DNA of 63,988 nt, counting the filler, from Reticulomyxa filosa (lineage: Eukaryota > Protista > Foraminifera), in NCBI GenBank assembly GCA_000512085.1. It is 14 parts of 14 records of this genome, joined end to end, with 100 filler letters (N's around TTAATTAATTAA, not from the genome) between each part and the next. Parts side by side here need not be neighbours in the genome. Positions count along the whole stretch, not along the records: positions 57,989 to 62,244 come from ASPP01006174.1; positions 62,345 to 63,988 come from ASPP01024911.1; 12 more parts are not named here. One strand, 5' to 3'. The position numbers were made by a program, and so were the translations under genes. Shown here in pieces: positions 61,172-63,988 of the stretch. A model generated the notes under the pieces. The model did not search any database and had not been told where the DNA came from. It saw only the letters and a program-made list of their open reading frames with translations. Numbering within the stretch: position 1 is the stretch's first letter; each line of letters starts with the position of its first letter.

Positions 61172-62244
61172 ATGTATTTCCTGGAGAAATTGACACATCT
61201 CAAAGTGCTGAAGCTTTGGTATTATGGATTTGAATTGCCAGTAGAGCGTTACAAGCCGATGATAGAAGTTTTCTACTACTGTGGCAAAAGGATCCGTGCA
61301 AATTTTTTATTTTTTTTTTGCAAATTGTTCATGAACTCTTTTTTTGAAAAGAAAACAATCCACGCACATTAAAACTCAGTCTAACTTTGTAATCTTCGCG
61401 CATCAATCAGACAAATCAAAAAGTGTCAAAATCACTTTTGATTGTGATATTAACGTGAACAAATGTTCCATTCAAATAATCGACAACAGTTATTACTGTT
61501 TAGTCCTGCCAATTAAGCAAGGTTCGTTTTCTTGGATCACTTTACTTTTTTTATTTTTTTTAAAAAAAAAAAAAAAGAAATGTTCGGTTGTTGATTGGGT
61601 GACACTTGAATCGCACCCAATCAACAAAAGATATGTATAGTGACGAAAATGACGATTGGCCAACAAGTGACGAGTTGATAGTCTCAAAGAATCAGGTAAT
61701 CGAATGCCGCTTTTGTGGAAATGTGATATCGGACAATCGACGAAAGAGTCAAGAAGAAAAAGGGGACACACACGTGATCGAAAAGATTTATCCATTGCCT
61801 TCTGAGTATTGGCTGGAATTGAGCGATTTGTGGTTTTGTTGTGCGCAGCATCAAATTGAATTTTCTCCAACAGCAATCCACGCAAAAGCCAACTGTCTGT
61901 TAACAGGTCAGTTGCATATGATTTTCCATCCGAACAATATCCTTGCCCAGTCGGTCGTCGTTCGTCCCGCTCAACAACAGTCACACACCACACATTCCAT
62001 TTCCACGTGGTCTGACACGCTCATTCATGCGTCACACAAAGACGAAAGAGATGTCTTTGACTGTCTTTGCAGCCGATGTGGAGTTACTTTGGGACAATAC
62101 GTTTCCAATGCCCACTTGCACAATGACACCGTCTCACCACTTGTCGAAGCTATGGACGTCGATATCGCAATTGAAGAAAAGGATGAAGAAAACGACAATA
62201 ATAACAATAGCAATAATAACAATAATAATAATAATAATAATAAT
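61172..62244 (+). CDS. UBE3D/Ipa1-like (HECT_2) E3 ligase, partial
   Basis: IECRFCGNVI; IYPLPSEYWLELSDLWFC; LCSRCGVTLG. Start codon uncertain. Confidence 0.75.
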
Positions 62245-62344
62245 NNNNNNNNNNNNNNNNNNNNNNNNNNNNNNNNNNNNNNNNNNNNTTAATTAATTAA
62301 NNNNNNNNNNNNNNNNNNNNNNNNNNNNNNNNNNNNNNNNNNNN

Positions 62345-63815
62345 TGATAATGGTAATGGTAATGGTAGTGATAGAAATGATCCACTACCATCGAGTGCGA
62401 TCGTCACGTCAAAGCGCGACGAAAAACATAAGCGAATGCCGTCGTTATCTCAAAATCCTTTGACATTGTTATTGGAAAATGAAATGACACCGACCAATAC
62501 GTTGTACACTACGTTCAATGTTACTGCCGAGCCAATTAAAGCTACAGTTGCAACGACGTCAGGTAATCCTTTGCGTCTTCAACAGCAGCAATCACAATCA
62601 CAATCACAATCACAATCACAACAATCCCATGATCATGTAATGGACCTAAACAATCGTCCCAGCAACGCGACGATAGACACAATTCACACGGTGACAATGG
62701 ATGCATTGTCTTACAACACACGCGACCCGAAAAGTGTGACGCGTACCATGGGGACAGAAGAATATACGTTGCTGCATAGTATGCATAGTAACACGAGCAA
62801 AAGTGTGCAGCTTATCGACGCGCAAAGGAAGAGCAGTATATCGCGACAAAACCTACGTATTCAAACCAATCCCGCGCTCCTCCCTTCCACCACCACGCCG
62901 GTGACTCAGACCATCTCCACGACAACAACGACGACAATGACGATGGCGTTGCACGACGGTGACGATGACGACGACGATAATGATGATGATGATGATGATG
63001 ATGATTTTCCCCATCATCATCACACTTGTGCAAACGACAAATTTCCTGACATTTTTGACCACAAAAAGGAGATTACAAAGCATAGCTCTGATAACGACGG
63101 CGACGATTATGACAACAATGATGGTGGTCGTCATACCTTTGAAAAGAAGGACAGGCAAGAAGGTGAAGATGAGAATGAGCATGAACGTGAGCATGAGGAG
63201 GACAAAAACAATGGACGGAAGAGAAGTACAGATGTAAATGCAAATATAAATGTAAGTGCAAATACAAATACAATTGCAAATACAAATGCAAATGAAAAGG
63301 ATAGCTACAATTGCCATCGACCACAGCAAAACGCAACCTCGAAAAAAAACAGTGTTCAAAAGTTTTCTCTTTCTTCACCTACACGGTATTGCAATGTATT
63401 TCCTCGCCATGTCAGTATGAGTCACAAGCATGGTCAGGAGCAGTTCTATGACGACGAGAATGATAATAACAATAACAATGACAATAACAATGACAATAAC
63501 AATGACAATAACAATGACAATAACAATGACAATAACAATGACAATAACAATGACAATAACGAGGATGATAGCTCTGACAGCCATCCATTGGAAACCACCG
63601 ACCGCGCACACTGGAATGGTGAAGACGATGGAGACGAGGACGAGCAAGAGAGGTGGATGTTGTCCACCCACAATGGCGTCGCACAGGCGCGCAAAGACGG
63701 CACTCGCAACAATCTTTTGTCCTCGTTACAGCCACGTTTATCCAAACACTTGTTGAAATGCCTTCCCGTTGATGATAACATTCGACTTCATAAATTTTTT
63801 GAAACGATGAATAAG
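62345..63815 (+). CDS. Internal exon of a low-complexity (D/N/T/Q-rich) hypothetical protein
   Basis: About 500-codon open frame; probable donor aag|gtttg near 63815. Confidence 0.6.
63477..63560 (+). repeat. Perfect 12-bp tandem repeat (AATGACAATAAC)x7 coding NDNN
   Basis: Counted directly. Confidence 0.95.
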
Positions 63816-63988
63816 GTTTGTCCTGTTTTGTTTGTTGTTATTGCGCTGTTGTTGCATTTGCCATCAACAATGCTACATGGCACATGTAAGGGAGCATTCA
63901 TACACATTGACGTATACTTACTTACTTATTTTGCTTAACTTGTTCATTTATCTAAATGTTCACCCTTTTTTTTTTTTTTTTTTTTTTT

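Noticed and set aside
63477-63560. CRISPR-like or telomeric array
   Set aside because: A spacerless 12-bp coding repeat within a low-complexity exon.

Overview
This window is an artificial concatenation of 14 short contigs joined by 13 identical 100-bp spacers (N44-TTAATTAATTAA-N44), so adjacency across a spacer means nothing. Thirteen contigs are AT-rich, intron-containing eukaryotic DNA. The gene content and the expanded WD40/kelch families resemble the foraminiferan Reticulomyxa filosa (inference, not a database match). One GC-rich contig (41899-44437) is betaproteobacterial (phaC-phaA plus an aminopeptidase P gene) and is probably co-sequenced. Recognisable eukaryotic genes are HCCS, a UBR-box E3, TRAPPC4, DDB1, RPC8, a G-alpha, a formin, a SNAPC4-like Myb, a DDX23-like protein, Nup93 and a UBE3D-like E3, plus many WD40 genes. 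Pseudogenes include actin/Arp, RNF213-like AAA+, kinesin, M13 peptidase, HSP90 and several WD40s. The most notable observations are: (1) a spliced stand-alone dynein stalk/microtubule-binding-domain gene with no AAA+ motor; (2) a modular WD40/kelch family sharing a conserved box exon and varying at top-face residues; (3) an exact 156-bp in-place inversion in a WD40 copy; (4) an internally deleted Tc1 element, with a related end truncating an HSP90 pseudogene. All family assignments come from manual translation and remembered motifs; no searches were run.
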